From assembly GCF_018977255.1 (NCBI RefSeq), contig NW_024704753.1, positions 5,580,001 to 5,644,000 of the forward strand: a stretch of DNA of 64,000 nt, written 5' to 3'. The DNA comes from Callorhinchus milii. Lineage: Eukaryota. Both the position numbers and the translations under genes were made by a program. This document shows, piece by piece, positions 63,886 through 64,000 of the stretch. Position 1 is the stretch's first letter; each line of letters starts with the position of its first letter. The notes beneath the pieces are model-generated. The model searched no databases. It saw only the letters and a program-made list of their open reading frames with translations, and was not told where the DNA came from.

Positions 63886-64000
63886 ATACTGAGAGGTGGA
63901 ATTCTGTGTTCCTTATATTTAAAAAAAAACAGTAAAAGCAACATTTTTTTTGGTCAGTTGGTTGTCAGACACATGTGGACACCCATTACCATGCTTAAGA

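Noticed and set aside
34284-64000. True SUCLG2 exons 10-11, or gene truncation
   Set aside because: No VEAILVNIFGGIVNCA exon was seen, but I recall this intron being very long in vertebrates. Exons 3-9 are intact, so absence from the window does not imply a pseudogene.

Overview
AT-rich vertebrate genomic DNA. The repeat landscape (DeuSINE-type tRNA SINEs, L2 and CR1 LINEs) points to a cartilaginous fish, probably a holocephalan; this is an inference. The only protein-coding gene I can support is a + strand segment of SUCLG2 (GDP-forming succinate-CoA ligase beta subunit): seven GT-AG coding exons at 22482-34283 that match my recollection of human exons 3-9. Exons 1-2 and 10-11 were not found, so both flanks are long introns. 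These introns hold about 20 copies or fragments of a tRNA-headed SINE, L2 3' ends that share its tail, several CR1 subfamilies and older fragments. Best leads: (1) a TSD-flanked composite insertion of a SINE plus a 351-bp microsatellite/CpG-rich 5' extension inside an L2; (2) a 34-nt candidate alternative exon in intron 9 that resembles the start of exon 10 and sits in the loop of an inverted CR1 pair; (3) a panhandle in the SINE that coincides with recurrent truncation points; (4) two near-perfect 76-81 nt palindromes; (5) an unexplained nest of direct and inverted repeats at 13.6-15.0 kb. All alignments were done by eye, and repeat boundaries are approximate.
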